Shown: in pieces, positions 8,749 to 18,175 of the stretch | How positions within the stretch are numbered: the first letter of the stretch is position 1 | Layout: the number at the start of each line of letters is the position of its first letter | DNA from: Chlamydiota bacterium | Lineage (GTDB): Bacteria; Chlamydiota; Chlamydiia; Chlamydiales; SM23-39 | NCBI GenBank assembly: GCA_038534095.1 | Contig: JBCAXK010000007.1 | Coordinates: 1 to 52,307 of the forward strand | DNA length: 52,307 nt | Direction: 5' to 3' | The notes under the pieces: generated by a model | What the model was told of the DNA's origin: nothing | Database searches by the model: none | Seen by the model: the letters and a program-made list of their open reading frames with translations, nothing else | Translations under genes and position numbers: made by a program

Positions 8749-10719
8749 ATGCGTTTATTTTCTACAGAAACTTCTTCCTTTATCTTGCACAAAAAAGTAC
8801 TCAGTGGTGAAAGATCGCTCCGAGAGCAAGGTCTTCCCATCTCAGCCAATGTGCGTAGCGTATTTTCCGAAGATCTATCCCCAACTTTTTATCTCAAAAA
8901 ATCTCTACATCTCTATCAACAAGGGCTAAGAAAAGATGAAGTCAAACTTCTTTTTTTATCCATCAAATGTTTGAAAAAATCTGCTACCAGTTTGCCTCAA
9001 GATTTTTCTACCCTCTACTTTTGGGGAACTGTACTGTGGAAAATTGGTGAGAAAACAGGAGACATCTCCTATTTTTCTGCTGCTTACGAAAAATATTTAG
9101 ACGCAAAAACCCATATTGTAGAGGAGTCCCCTTCGGTCCTTGCCGATTTTTATACGCAGTTAGGCACGTTAGAGACTCTTTTAGCAGAAAAATCGGGAGA
9201 AGCCATTGATATCCGCTTTGCGATTAAGTCTTTTCGGAGCTCCCTTCGCTACCAGAAAAATCCTGCTCCAAGCTTTTGGATCGCTTTTGGTAAAGCCTAT
9301 TACCAAATGGGTTTATTCGTGAACGATAATCGCCACTATTTACAAGCTATAGGCCACTTCACAAAAGCGCTCGAGTATGAAGGAAAAAATCCGGCGGCGT
9401 GGATCCTGTCGGCTTCTGCTTACAAAGAGCTCTACATCAACACCTCTTCGGAAAAATACTTCAAACAAGCCAGCCTCCATTATCAACATGCTTGTCAATA
9501 TGATGATCTCAATGAGGAAATTTGGCTAGAATGGGCCGCGATTTTGCACGAATCGGGCAAAATCAATGAAGATCCGAAAAAGCTGCGGTTATCGATAGAA
9601 AAATGCATCCGAGCTCATAGCTTAGAGCCAAACTCCCCACGTGTTATTGGTCAGTGGATCGAATCCCTGTCTCTATTGGGGAGCCTTTCTTCAAGGCATG
9701 ACCTCATCATTGAAGCGGAAAACAAAGCAATCAAAGCCACCTCTAGTTTCCCCGAATCCCCCGAAGTTTGGTATGCTTACGCCGTCTGTTTGGGAGCGCA
9801 AGCTACCTATTATGAAGACCCCGCCTTTTATGATTTTGCTATCGAAAAGATCCAGCAAGGACTATGGATCGATTCCTCTATTGCTGAACTGTGGTGCCTA
9901 CTCGCCTTTTTTCACCACCGTCTCGGTAGCCACTTTTCTGATCAAAAACTCTTGCGCCTTGCAGAAAAATTTTACCAGAAAACCGCTAGCTTAAAACCTG
10001 CTTGTCCCCAAGTCATCTTTCAAAGAGCGCGCAATCTTCTCGAACTTGCTGAGCTTTTAGAAAATGCCCAGTATGCTCGCCAAGCTTATGAAACATTGGA
10101 GCATCTGATCCATTTTCAGAAAGATTCCCTCTTAGATCACCCCGAATGGCTTTTTGCTTACGCCTCTTCTCTCTACACCTTAGGCGAAATCTCCTCAAAC
10201 GAAACCTTTTTAATGCGTAGCGTTGAAGTCTTTTGGCAGGTACTTCTCATCGAACCTGAATTCCCGCAAATTCACCGAAAACTCGCGATCACTTTTTCTC
10301 AATTAGCCGATTTTTCGACCAACACCGTTTTGTATCAAAAAGCGTTTCACTACTTCGAAATTTCTGTGCAAAAAGATCCTGAAAACCAGGAAACTTGGCT
10401 AGAATGGGGGTTAAGTTTGATTCAGCATGCCCATCTTACTTATGATACGAAGAAAGAATTCTCAATCTATTTGGACGCAGAAAAAAAAATCCGCAAAGCA
10501 GGAGAGCTCGGCTCAGAACATGCCTTTTACCACTTAGCTTGCCTCTATTCTTTGATGGGAAAATTTACCGATGCAATGCATCTGCTAGAGATGGCCAAAG
10601 AACGGGACGTTCTCCCACCCCTTACCGAATTGATAGAAGATGACTGGCTAGAAGCTTTGCGCGCTACGCCAAAATTTTCTCAATTTGTCCGCTATTTAGA
10701 ACAAAAAGAAAAGCTCTAA
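8749..10719 (+). CDS. Large TPR-repeat protein
   Basis: Repeated W..(L/W)G/A....A...F.KA helical units throughout. C-terminal AFYHLACLYSL...DDWLEALR..PKF capping motif. Confidence 0.85.
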   Translation: MRLFSTETSSFILHKKVLSGERSLREQGLPISANVRSVFSEDLSPTFYLKKSLHLYQQGLRKDEVKLLFLSIKCLKKSATSLPQDFSTLYFWGTVLWKIGEKTGDISYFSAAYEKYLDAKTHIVEESPSVLADFYTQLGTLETLLAEKSGEAIDIRFAIKSFRSSLRYQKNPAPSFWIAFGKAYYQMGLFVNDNRHYLQAIGHFTKALEYEGKNPAAWILSASAYKELYINTSSEKYFKQASLHYQHACQYDDLNEEIWLEWAAILHESGKINEDPKKLRLSIEKCIRAHSLEPNSPRVIGQWIESLSLLGSLSSRHDLIIEAENKAIKATSSFPESPEVWYAYAVCLGAQATYYEDPAFYDFAIEKIQQGLWIDSSIAELWCLLAFFHHRLGSHFSDQKLLRLAEKFYQKTASLKPACPQVIFQRARNLLELAELLENAQYARQAYETLEHLIHFQKDSLLDHPEWLFAYASSLYTLGEISSNETFLMRSVEVFWQVLLIEPEFPQIHRKLAITFSQLADFSTNTVLYQKAFHYFEISVQKDPENQETWLEWGLSLIQHAHLTYDTKKEFSIYLDAEKKIRKAGELGSEHAFYHLACLYSLMGKFTDAMHLLEMAKERDVLPPLTELIEDDWLEALRATPKFSQFVRYLEQKEKL

Positions 10720-11204
10720 GAATACTTCACCATCTCTGTAAATAGCCTTCTTGAAACCATAGAAGGTATAGTCAGATCAAACAGGATACCTCCATATATC
10801 TTACGAATTTTTCGGCTTTTATCCATTTTCCAAAAAGAGTTTTGTTGTAAAACAATTCTTGACATCAATCATCATTGTAAACTAGTTCTGTTTTTTCCCG
10901 GAAATCGTTGCAGCTAGATCAACATCCTTGTAAAATAACGTACAAAGCAATGGCTCTTTACTCCTATACTTTCGGCAAAACCATGCCCGCAGCTTACGTG
11001 TCCATACAAGGCTCACCCTATGAAGAACTTTTTGGTATCAAGATGCTACTAGCGCGGTTCTCAAAACCCCATCATCTAAGCGATGAATGGCTCATGCCAG
11101 ACTGGGCAGATCTACTTGGTTTTGATAGAAAAATACCTTTGCCCTATAAGGGCCTATACTTTTAGAAAAAGCTGAACGTTAGCAACAAACCTTTTGGAGA
11201 AAAC

Positions 11205-11942
11205 ATGTCTAGTTGCCTAGAACAATATGGTAGCGTATGTAAATACGCAGAAGATGCGCATTTACATTTCCAATTAAAAAAAACCTTTTTCTTGAAAGAC
11301 ACCGCGGCTCAGATTGGAGAAATTGCATTAATACTCCTGTCTGCCTACTTTTCTTTTGCCCTTGGAGGAAATCTCCTTGCTATAGGAGAGATGAATCGTC
11401 CCATCTCCCCTGTTGTACAACAAGACCCCTACCAAAAATGTTGTTCTAACATGGGTAAACTATGTACCTTATTATGCGCATCAATCCTTGCGTATCAATA
11501 TCAATGCAACATTAAAAAAAGTATCCTAGATACTGTTTCACGTTTAAGAAGAGAGCGAGGTACGCGGCTAGAAAGGGAGCATGTTTTGATCAACATAACA
11601 TTGCCAATAGTTCCTCCTTCTGCCGAAAACGTGACCAGTCAAAACGTTTTACTGACTATCCATAGGGTCGATCCCCCTCTTATAGAAAATCCTCTACTCC
11701 ATTCTTACTTAAGAACTGCTGAGAGATTCGGTATTGTCTGCAAATTTTTTATACCACTAGCTTGTGGCTACGGGGGTTATCAACAGCCTATCAGACACAA
11801 TATGAGGCTTAGTGGATACTTGCTAACGTTGCTGACAAGCTCGTTTTTGTTTTGTAAACTATGCGTAGCTTTGATTAGCAAAGTGAAAGTGGATAAAATA
11901 TGGAACTCTCGCCGAAGAATGCAATACCAAACTTTTGTGTAG
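11205..11942 (+). CDS. Hypothetical membrane protein with two pairs of hydrophobic helices (Inc-like topology possible)
   Basis: GGAG RBS; four hydrophobic, Cys-containing segments arranged as two pairs; no recognised domain. Confidence 0.6.
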   Translation: MSSCLEQYGSVCKYAEDAHLHFQLKKTFFLKDTAAQIGEIALILLSAYFSFALGGNLLAIGEMNRPISPVVQQDPYQKCCSNMGKLCTLLCASILAYQYQCNIKKSILDTVSRLRRERGTRLEREHVLINITLPIVPPSAENVTSQNVLLTIHRVDPPLIENPLLHSYLRTAERFGIVCKFFIPLACGYGGYQQPIRHNMRLSGYLLTLLTSSFLFCKLCVALISKVKVDKIWNSRRRMQYQTFV

Positions 11943-12024
11943 TCATGACGCCGGCCATCAAAGCCGTTTTGCCTTCATTCATCATGAATACTTCCTCAGT
12001 GGCGTACGATCATCAAACGTTCGC

Positions 12025-12912
12025 TCAAGAAACTTTTGCGTCTATTTGTTTTTCTTTTGAGGAAGAAAGGTCTTTCAAGATAGCTTCTAAAACACGATCA
12101 TCATCGCAAGATGCCCAGTGCTTTTTCACATACCTGTTTAAAGAATGGCGTAGCCGATCAAATAGAGCCTTCCACTCTTTTTGATCAAAGTGTTTTGTAT
12201 ACCTCCCCACATCGAGATCAAATACCTCTCCATTTTCTGATACCCCTGTATTTCGAAAAGGGCAGGGATCCTTATTCATCACCCCATTTTCTAAAAGCCT
12301 CTTTTGCAATAGCAAGTACTGCGCAATACATTGGCCTAGTTTTTCAGAGTTCTTGTCACGAATGCACTGATCAAGAACCTCTTTAAACAACGTCGCTTTT
12401 TTTTGGATCAAAAAACTCGTATTGCGACCATCAAGAAGATAGGAGCGGCCCAAAGCATCGACAAGAGTGAGAGAGGGTAATGGAGAAGGTTTTGCTCCAT
12501 AAGGCTGAAAGTAGACAATACCACTTTTTTTCGGAGAGGCGTCAATCGCCAAAAAAGTACTTTCGATCCAATCTCCCAATTTTTTTGGCTCTTTTCTTAA
12601 AGAGCTCCCTCTAAGAGCATCAAAATGGGAGGCTACTCCCCGACTTGTTAAATGGATCCGAAAAAACTTGATCACATATTTTCCATCACTACTTAGGAAG
12701 ACGTACGTTTGTCTTCCTTTACCCAAATAGGTCCAAGGAGCCTCAAATTTTTCTGGTAACGCCCCAAAGGTGGATCTAGGACTTGTTGCGAGTTCCCTTG
12801 CAATCAGAATTTTCGATACGCAAAACCCTCCTGTTATCTGATGCCAAAGGATCGTGGAAAAGACCGGAAGAGAAAAAAACAGGGCAATCACGAAAATACG
12901 TTTCTTCATCAT
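12025..12912 (-). CDS. Membrane-anchored or exported protein-kinase-like fold protein
   Basis: N-terminal KKR plus hydrophobic helix; YLGKGRQTYVF (Gly-rich loop), YVIKFF (VAIK-like), NKDPCPFRNTG (catalytic loop-like), DLDVGRY (DFG-like). Confidence 0.7.
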   Translation of the reverse strand: MMKKRIFVIALFFSLPVFSTILWHQITGGFCVSKILIARELATSPRSTFGALPEKFEAPWTYLGKGRQTYVFLSSDGKYVIKFFRIHLTSRGVASHFDALRGSSLRKEPKKLGDWIESTFLAIDASPKKSGIVYFQPYGAKPSPLPSLTLVDALGRSYLLDGRNTSFLIQKKATLFKEVLDQCIRDKNSEKLGQCIAQYLLLQKRLLENGVMNKDPCPFRNTGVSENGEVFDLDVGRYTKHFDQKEWKALFDRLRHSLNRYVKKHWASCDDDRVLEAILKDLSSSKEKQIDAKVS

Positions 12913-13025
12913 CCCATTTTACCAAGAACTCTTCAGATAAGCACGCGGATTTCACTGAAAAAACGTGGGCATCTATCTACAGCAAAAAATTCCTCATGTT
13001 GTTAGATCAGCGACTATGAAGGATG

Positions 13026-13487
13026 TTAAAGAGTTTTTCCTAAGGAGACAATCACATCAAAATGTTTTTTTGTGATCGGTTGGATCGATAAACGCATCCC
13101 TTTTTTGAGCAAAAGCATATCTTGCAAGTCAGGGTGTACTCTCATCTCTTTTAACAGCACAAAGCCATTAAATCGCTCCTCAAAAGCCACATCGACGAGA
13201 TACCAAATCGGCCGATCTTTTGTAGCTCTTTGATCAAAGTACTTGCTGGAAGGATCGAGCGCTGTCCAATCAGGATAGGGACGGGAAACAATCTTCCCAA
13301 CTCCTGCTACCCCTAAAGGGGGCTTGTTCGAGTGGTAAAAAAGAATAGGATCCCCAACGCGCATATCGCGCATCATAAAATTTCTTGCTTGATAATTACG
13401 CACTCCCTCCCAAGGAGTCGTTCCTTCCTCTTCAAAATCATCAATCGAATACGACCGGGGCTCAGATTTCATGATCCAATAACGCAT
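13026..13487 (-). CDS. EVE domain protein (PUA/ASCH superfamily)
   Basis: MRYWIMKSEP, WEGVRNYQARNFM, GDPILFYHSN, RLSIQP; AAGGAG RBS. Confidence 0.95.
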   Translation of the reverse strand: MRYWIMKSEPRSYSIDDFEEEGTTPWEGVRNYQARNFMMRDMRVGDPILFYHSNKPPLGVAGVGKIVSRPYPDWTALDPSSKYFDQRATKDRPIWYLVDVAFEERFNGFVLLKEMRVHPDLQDMLLLKKGMRLSIQPITKKHFDVIVSLGKTL

Positions 13488-13545
13488 AATACTCCTTGTC
13501 GATAGACATTTTACAAGATATGTTGAAGGAAAACAAGGATAGCAG

Positions 13546-15780
13546 ATGGGCTCTCGGAGCAGTTTTTTTCAAACGGGGCAAAAGAAACTCGCCTACTTCC
13601 TTTGGAGTATCCCTTTGCATCGGCTGAAAAAGGGGCGCTTTTGCGCCCTCATTGCGCGGGCTTTTTGGAAAAGCGGCTCCCAATCACTCACCGATCTTGT
13701 ATTTCTCCGGGCATCTCACCTCACATTTTATACCATCATGTCGATGGTTCCTTTGCTTGCGATTCTGTTTGCTTTAGCTACAGGTTTTGGGGCGGAAAAC
13801 CTCCTAGAAGATTTTTTGTATGAACGTTTTCAAAATCATCTTACGTTCATCGAGACATTGATGGGCTTTGCGCGCAACCTTTTACAAGAAACTAAAGGCG
13901 GCTTATTAGCTGGGGTCAGCTTACTCGTCCTTTTTTGGACTGTTTTCAATGTGCTTCACCAAGTCGAGTCCTCTTTTAACCACATTTGGCGGGTAAAAAC
14001 GGGGAGAAATTGGATCAGAAAATGTACCGACTATGCTACCTTTCTATGCACCGTGCCTTTCCTATTTGTGCTATCAAATAGCTTGCGCATTTACCTTATA
14101 ACAAGAGGAACTGCGGCGTTCTTTTTGGAAAACATCGCCTATTTTGGTCTTCCTTATCTATTGATGTGGATCGTATTTACCCTTTTTTATGTTTGGATCC
14201 CAAACGTTCTAGTAAAGGCATCTTGCGCCATATGGAGCGGAGCTATCAGCGCAGCCATCTACCAAATCATCGAGTGGTTCTACCTATTTTTTCAAATAGG
14301 GGTCTCTAGGTACAATGCTATCTATGGCAGTTTTGCAGCGCTTCCCCTATTTTTCACCTCAATCTACATCGGCTGGTTGATTGTACTTTGGGGAGGAGAG
14401 CTCACTTACTCGCTAGAAACTCTTCAAAGGTATGATGGGAATTTGGACAGCTCTCCTTTATCCACTAAGGGGAAAAGGTATCTTCTTCTTTGGATGCTCT
14501 CTGTTTCTTGGAGGCAATTTACGAGCAACAACGCTCCTATTACAAAAAAGGAGATCTTCTCTCGTGTCCGTTTTTCTCCAAAAATCGTTGAAGAGCTCAT
14601 CGAAGAGCTCGTTGAAAAAGGGTGGTGGGTACCTGCGCAGTATCAGGGAGAAGATGGGTACGTACTTGTCAAAAACGTGGGGGATTATTCCCTAAAACAT
14701 GTGATCGATCTCTTAGAAGGCGCAGGAAAATGGCCGGTGATTGTAGAAGAAGAGGGACACTATCTTGCTAGCCATTTAGAAAAATTGGAGCGAGAGATGC
14801 TCCAAGTAAAAACAAACATCAAAGTAGGAGACTTACCTATGAAAAAGAACTATCCAATCTATTTTTATCCTGTATACAAAGATTACGTATGGGGAGGTGT
14901 AAAGATCAAAGAACTAGGGGGAAGAGAGAAAATTCCTTTCTCCAGGGTGGCGGAATCTTGGGAAATTGCTGATCATAAAGATGGGATGAGCGTGGTAGAA
15001 AATGGGCCTTACAAGGGACTGACCCTTAGCGAACTTACGCACAAATGTGGGAAAGCCCTTTTAGGAGAAAAAGGGGGGAAATTCCCTCTGCTGATCAAAA
15101 TTCTCGATGCTAGAGAGAGCTTAAGCGTGCAAGTACACCCCAATGAAAAAACGGCCCCAACCCTTAAGGGAGAACCAAAAACAGAGATGTGGTACGTGCT
15201 TCAAGCAGAAAAAAATGCGGGAGTATGTGTTGGGTTTCGGGAGAAAATGACCCCTGAGAAATTTGCAAAGGCCGCGAGGGACAATACGCTTATCCCACTT
15301 TTACAGTCTTCCTCTGTTCAACCAGGAGATACGATCTTTGTGCCTGGAGGAACCATTCATGCGATTTTGCATGGGGCTTTGATCTTGGAGGTGCAGCAAA
15401 ACTCAAATACAACTTACCGGATTTATGACTGGAACAGAGGAAGAAAACTGCATCTCTCCGAAGCTACAAAGGCCCTTTCTTGGGAAAAAACAGAAAGCAT
15501 TGTAGAACAAAAAATACACAATAAAGACCATCTACTTTTGCACCGATCAGAACATTTTTGTATGGAAAAATGGGATGAAGGATTAAAAAAAGAGGGCCCC
15601 TTTACAAGTTTTCAGATCATTTTCTTACTGAAAGGAGAGGGATCGATCACCGTAGATGGGAACACCTGCGCTTTGCAGCCTTTCCGGGCTTGCCTCATTC
15701 CTGCTGCTTCAGAGCAGCTACTTATTACGGTAGAAAAGGGAAGCTCCTATCTTCGGATCTACCTTCCAAGCTCTAGCTGA
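13546..15780 (+). CDS. In-frame fusion of a YihY/BrkB-family membrane protein (with C-terminal wHTH-like region) and a type I phosphomannose isomerase
   Basis: N-part: RASHLTFYTIMSMVP, ESSFNHIW, YNAIYGSFAALPLF. C-part from M at 14839: YVWGG, AESWEI, FPLLIKILDARESLSVQVHP, KTEMWY, PGGTIHAI, EVQQNSNTTYRIYDWNR. Confidence 0.88.
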   Translation: MGSRSSFFQTGQKKLAYFLWSIPLHRLKKGRFCALIARAFWKSGSQSLTDLVFLRASHLTFYTIMSMVPLLAILFALATGFGAENLLEDFLYERFQNHLTFIETLMGFARNLLQETKGGLLAGVSLLVLFWTVFNVLHQVESSFNHIWRVKTGRNWIRKCTDYATFLCTVPFLFVLSNSLRIYLITRGTAAFFLENIAYFGLPYLLMWIVFTLFYVWIPNVLVKASCAIWSGAISAAIYQIIEWFYLFFQIGVSRYNAIYGSFAALPLFFTSIYIGWLIVLWGGELTYSLETLQRYDGNLDSSPLSTKGKRYLLLWMLSVSWRQFTSNNAPITKKEIFSRVRFSPKIVEELIEELVEKGWWVPAQYQGEDGYVLVKNVGDYSLKHVIDLLEGAGKWPVIVEEEGHYLASHLEKLEREMLQVKTNIKVGDLPMKKNYPIYFYPVYKDYVWGGVKIKELGGREKIPFSRVAESWEIADHKDGMSVVENGPYKGLTLSELTHKCGKALLGEKGGKFPLLIKILDARESLSVQVHPNEKTAPTLKGEPKTEMWYVLQAEKNAGVCVGFREKMTPEKFAKAARDNTLIPLLQSSSVQPGDTIFVPGGTIHAILHGALILEVQQNSNTTYRIYDWNRGRKLHLSEATKALSWEKTESIVEQKIHNKDHLLLHRSEHFCMEKWDEGLKKEGPFTSFQIIFLLKGEGSITVDGNTCALQPFRACLIPAASEQLLITVEKGSSYLRIYLPSSS
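14826..14841 (+). promoter_or_regulatory. Internal RBS plus ATG at the start of the PMI domain
   Basis: AGGAG (14826-14830), 8-nt spacer, ATG (14839), exactly at the domain boundary. Confidence 0.7.
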
Positions 15781-16739
15781 GCCTGACTAGCCAAAGCAAG
15801 CCCCGAGAGCTCACTAATCTTTTCCCCAAGGGAAGTGGTTGTGATCGTACAACAGTCTCGGGCTATTTTCCAAGAAAACCGAGGAAGTTTTTCTCGGAGC
15901 CTGGGCAACATCCACTCTTGCATATGAGAGGCAATGGTTCCTAAGATCACTACTTCAGGGTTTAGCGTCATCAGAATGACTCCTATGCCTTGTGCTAGCC
16001 TTGTGGTGAACCCATCCCACATCTTTTCGGCAAAAGGGTCCCCTTGATAGAGCGCTTTTTCTAGGTGGATCAAATCCAGCTTTGCAAGATCCCCTCCTAC
16101 TGCGTCCAAAGCGGCGCTGTGGCATGCAGAATCTTTCAATAACGCTTGAACGTGTTTTCGGAAGTTGGCTCCTCCGCAGTACATTTCAAAACAGCCTCTT
16201 TGCGAACAAGGACACAAAGGTCCATCGATATCCAAAACAAAGTGGCCAATTTCCCCTGCCGTATCGCTTTTCCCCTGCACAATACGCCCCTTATGGATAA
16301 TTCCTCCTCCCATACCTGTACTGCAGGTGAGATAAACCAAGGTATTGACTTTCTGAAAAGAGCCAAAAGCGTACTCAGCAAGAGCCTGCGCGTTGGCATC
16401 ATTGTTCAAAATCATCGGATAGGGAAGCTGTTTTTTGAGCTCTTGAACGATTGGCGCAGATCTCCACCCTGGCAAGTTCGGCAAATCTAACAATCTACCT
16501 TGTTCTACAGATAGAGGCCCTGGAGCGGAAATCCCCACCGCTGCAATTTCTTCTTCTTGCAAGTAGAGCTCTCTTCGTAGAGATTCCACCATCTGCGTAA
16601 TCTTTTGTACGCCCTTTTCCCATTTTGGTACATCTTTGGTAGAGATCCTTTGTGAAGCTTTGATCTTACCTGCCACGTCACCGATACAAACAGAAATTTT
16701 TGTGCCCCCAATATCGATTCCAACAAATTGCTTCTTCAT
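15759..16739 (-). CDS. ROK-family sugar kinase (glucokinase-like)
   Basis: GIDIGGTKI, NNDANAQALAE, STGMGGGII, AGEIGH, CPCSQRGCFE zinc motif; no N-terminal HTH. Confidence 0.93.
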   Translation of the reverse strand: MKKQFVGIDIGGTKISVCIGDVAGKIKASQRISTKDVPKWEKGVQKITQMVESLRRELYLQEEEIAAVGISAPGPLSVEQGRLLDLPNLPGWRSAPIVQELKKQLPYPMILNNDANAQALAEYAFGSFQKVNTLVYLTCSTGMGGGIIHKGRIVQGKSDTAGEIGHFVLDIDGPLCPCSQRGCFEMYCGGANFRKHVQALLKDSACHSAALDAVGGDLAKLDLIHLEKALYQGDPFAEKMWDGFTTRLAQGIGVILMTLNPEVVILGTIASHMQEWMLPRLREKLPRFSWKIARDCCTITTTSLGEKISELSGLALASQAQLELGR

Positions 16740-16792
16740 AACTTGAAATTATCCAAAACGTCATTTCTTGCAAAGACTAAATTCCAATCCTT

Positions 16793-17650
16793 GTGTCTCT
16801 TAGATTTTTTTGGTTTACTAATGAAAAAGGCCTTTTTGTGAGCAAAATCCTCCTGATTACCCTCTTTTTTCTATTTTTTCTCATCAATCTCGCAAAATTG
16901 GGAAGAAAGCATGGCCAAGGAGCTTTCCAAAAAGGCGCTTCTTGGCTAGAAGCAGTGATCAAAGATCTTTTCTACCAGTCTCTACACTGCCTATTTTTTC
17001 CACTCGCGCTTTTCCCTTGGGGATCAAAAAAACACGATAAAACCCCCATCATTCTTGTGCATGGATACATGCACACAAGGGTCATCTGGCTCTACCATCT
17101 ATTCCACCTAAAAAAACAGGGTTTTGGGCCCATTTTTACCTTGAATTTAGGCAAACCTTTTTCTTCGATACACAGTTTTCGCAACAAGCTCTCTACGCGG
17201 ATCAAAGCCCTATCTAAGGAATTAGGTAAAGAAGAATTCTATCTGATTGGTCATTCGATGGGAGGGCTTGTTTGCATTGCCTCTGCTCTAGAGAAAACCG
17301 GTAACATTTCTATCAAAAAAGTGATCACTATCGGCTCACCCATCCATGGGACAAAGGCGGCAAAGCTCGCTATCGGAGAGTGCGCGAGAGAAATGGAAAA
17401 GGATTCTTCGTTCACACAATCGCTAGCAGAAAAGATGCAACAATGCGCCACCACAGAATTTTTCCATATTGGAAGCAAAACAGACCAGCTCGTGTTTCCC
17501 GCAAGCTCTAGCTTTTTGCGCAAAGATCGTGATCACGTATGCCTGGTCGAAGGGGTAGGACATGTGGGTATGATGGCTTCAAAAAAAGTGCATCAAAAAC
17601 TGAGCGAATACCTCTCTTCAAAAACGCTTCTTTCTCAAACGTTGGACTAA
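16793..17650 (+). CDS. Membrane-anchored alpha/beta-hydrolase (lipase/esterase-like)
   Basis: ILVHGY, GHSMGG nucleophile elbow, ITIGSPIHGT, TDQLV, VGHVGM; N-terminal TM. Start may be the GTG near 16838. Confidence 0.88.
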   Translation: MSLRFFWFTNEKGLFVSKILLITLFFLFFLINLAKLGRKHGQGAFQKGASWLEAVIKDLFYQSLHCLFFPLALFPWGSKKHDKTPIILVHGYMHTRVIWLYHLFHLKKQGFGPIFTLNLGKPFSSIHSFRNKLSTRIKALSKELGKEEFYLIGHSMGGLVCIASALEKTGNISIKKVITIGSPIHGTKAAKLAIGECAREMEKDSSFTQSLAEKMQQCATTEFFHIGSKTDQLVFPASSSFLRKDRDHVCLVEGVGHVGMMASKKVHQKLSEYLSSKTLLSQTLD

Positions 17651-18175
17651 CTTCTGGATTCTTGTTCGTAGAGGTCCTACAAAACATTGCTTCGATATAC
17701 TGGCTTTGTAGCAACCTCCCAAATTTTTCCATCAGAGTTTTTCTAGGTGATTTTGCATAGACACGTTTTTCTTCATGAGCTCTTTCTTTAAAAAAATGCC
17801 CTAAACAAAAAAAATCCTTGTAAAAATTTGTTCATCAAGAATAATCATAAGCATTTTTTATCAAAGATATACTCTTGATAAAAAAATGAAGAACGGCTCT
17901 TTCGAAAAGAGGAAACCAAGCAAACAGGTTTCTAGAGGAAACTATGTAATACGCCCCAAGGAGACTACAAACCCTAACTAAAGCCTTTCGATACAAAAGG
18001 CTCATCCCGATTCCTAACTGCACCCAAAACTCGGCCAAGCGGATGATTTCTGCTACTTCTTTCGACAGTGCCCCTAACCTTTTACAAGCCCATTCGATCA
18101 ATAGAACACGTTCGCTATTTTTAGAACGCTCTCGAAATCGTTTGTTTTTCATCGTGAAAAACAGGAGAGATACCG

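Noticed and set aside
10859..11165. Perfect TTGACA and an 85-aa ORF (10908-11165)
   Set aside because: No -10 box at 16-18 bp spacing; the ORF lacks a clear RBS or motif, so it cannot be supported.
13026..13487. EVE protein as part of a modification-dependent restriction/defence system
   Set aside because: Stand-alone EVE with no adjacent nuclease or toxin gene.
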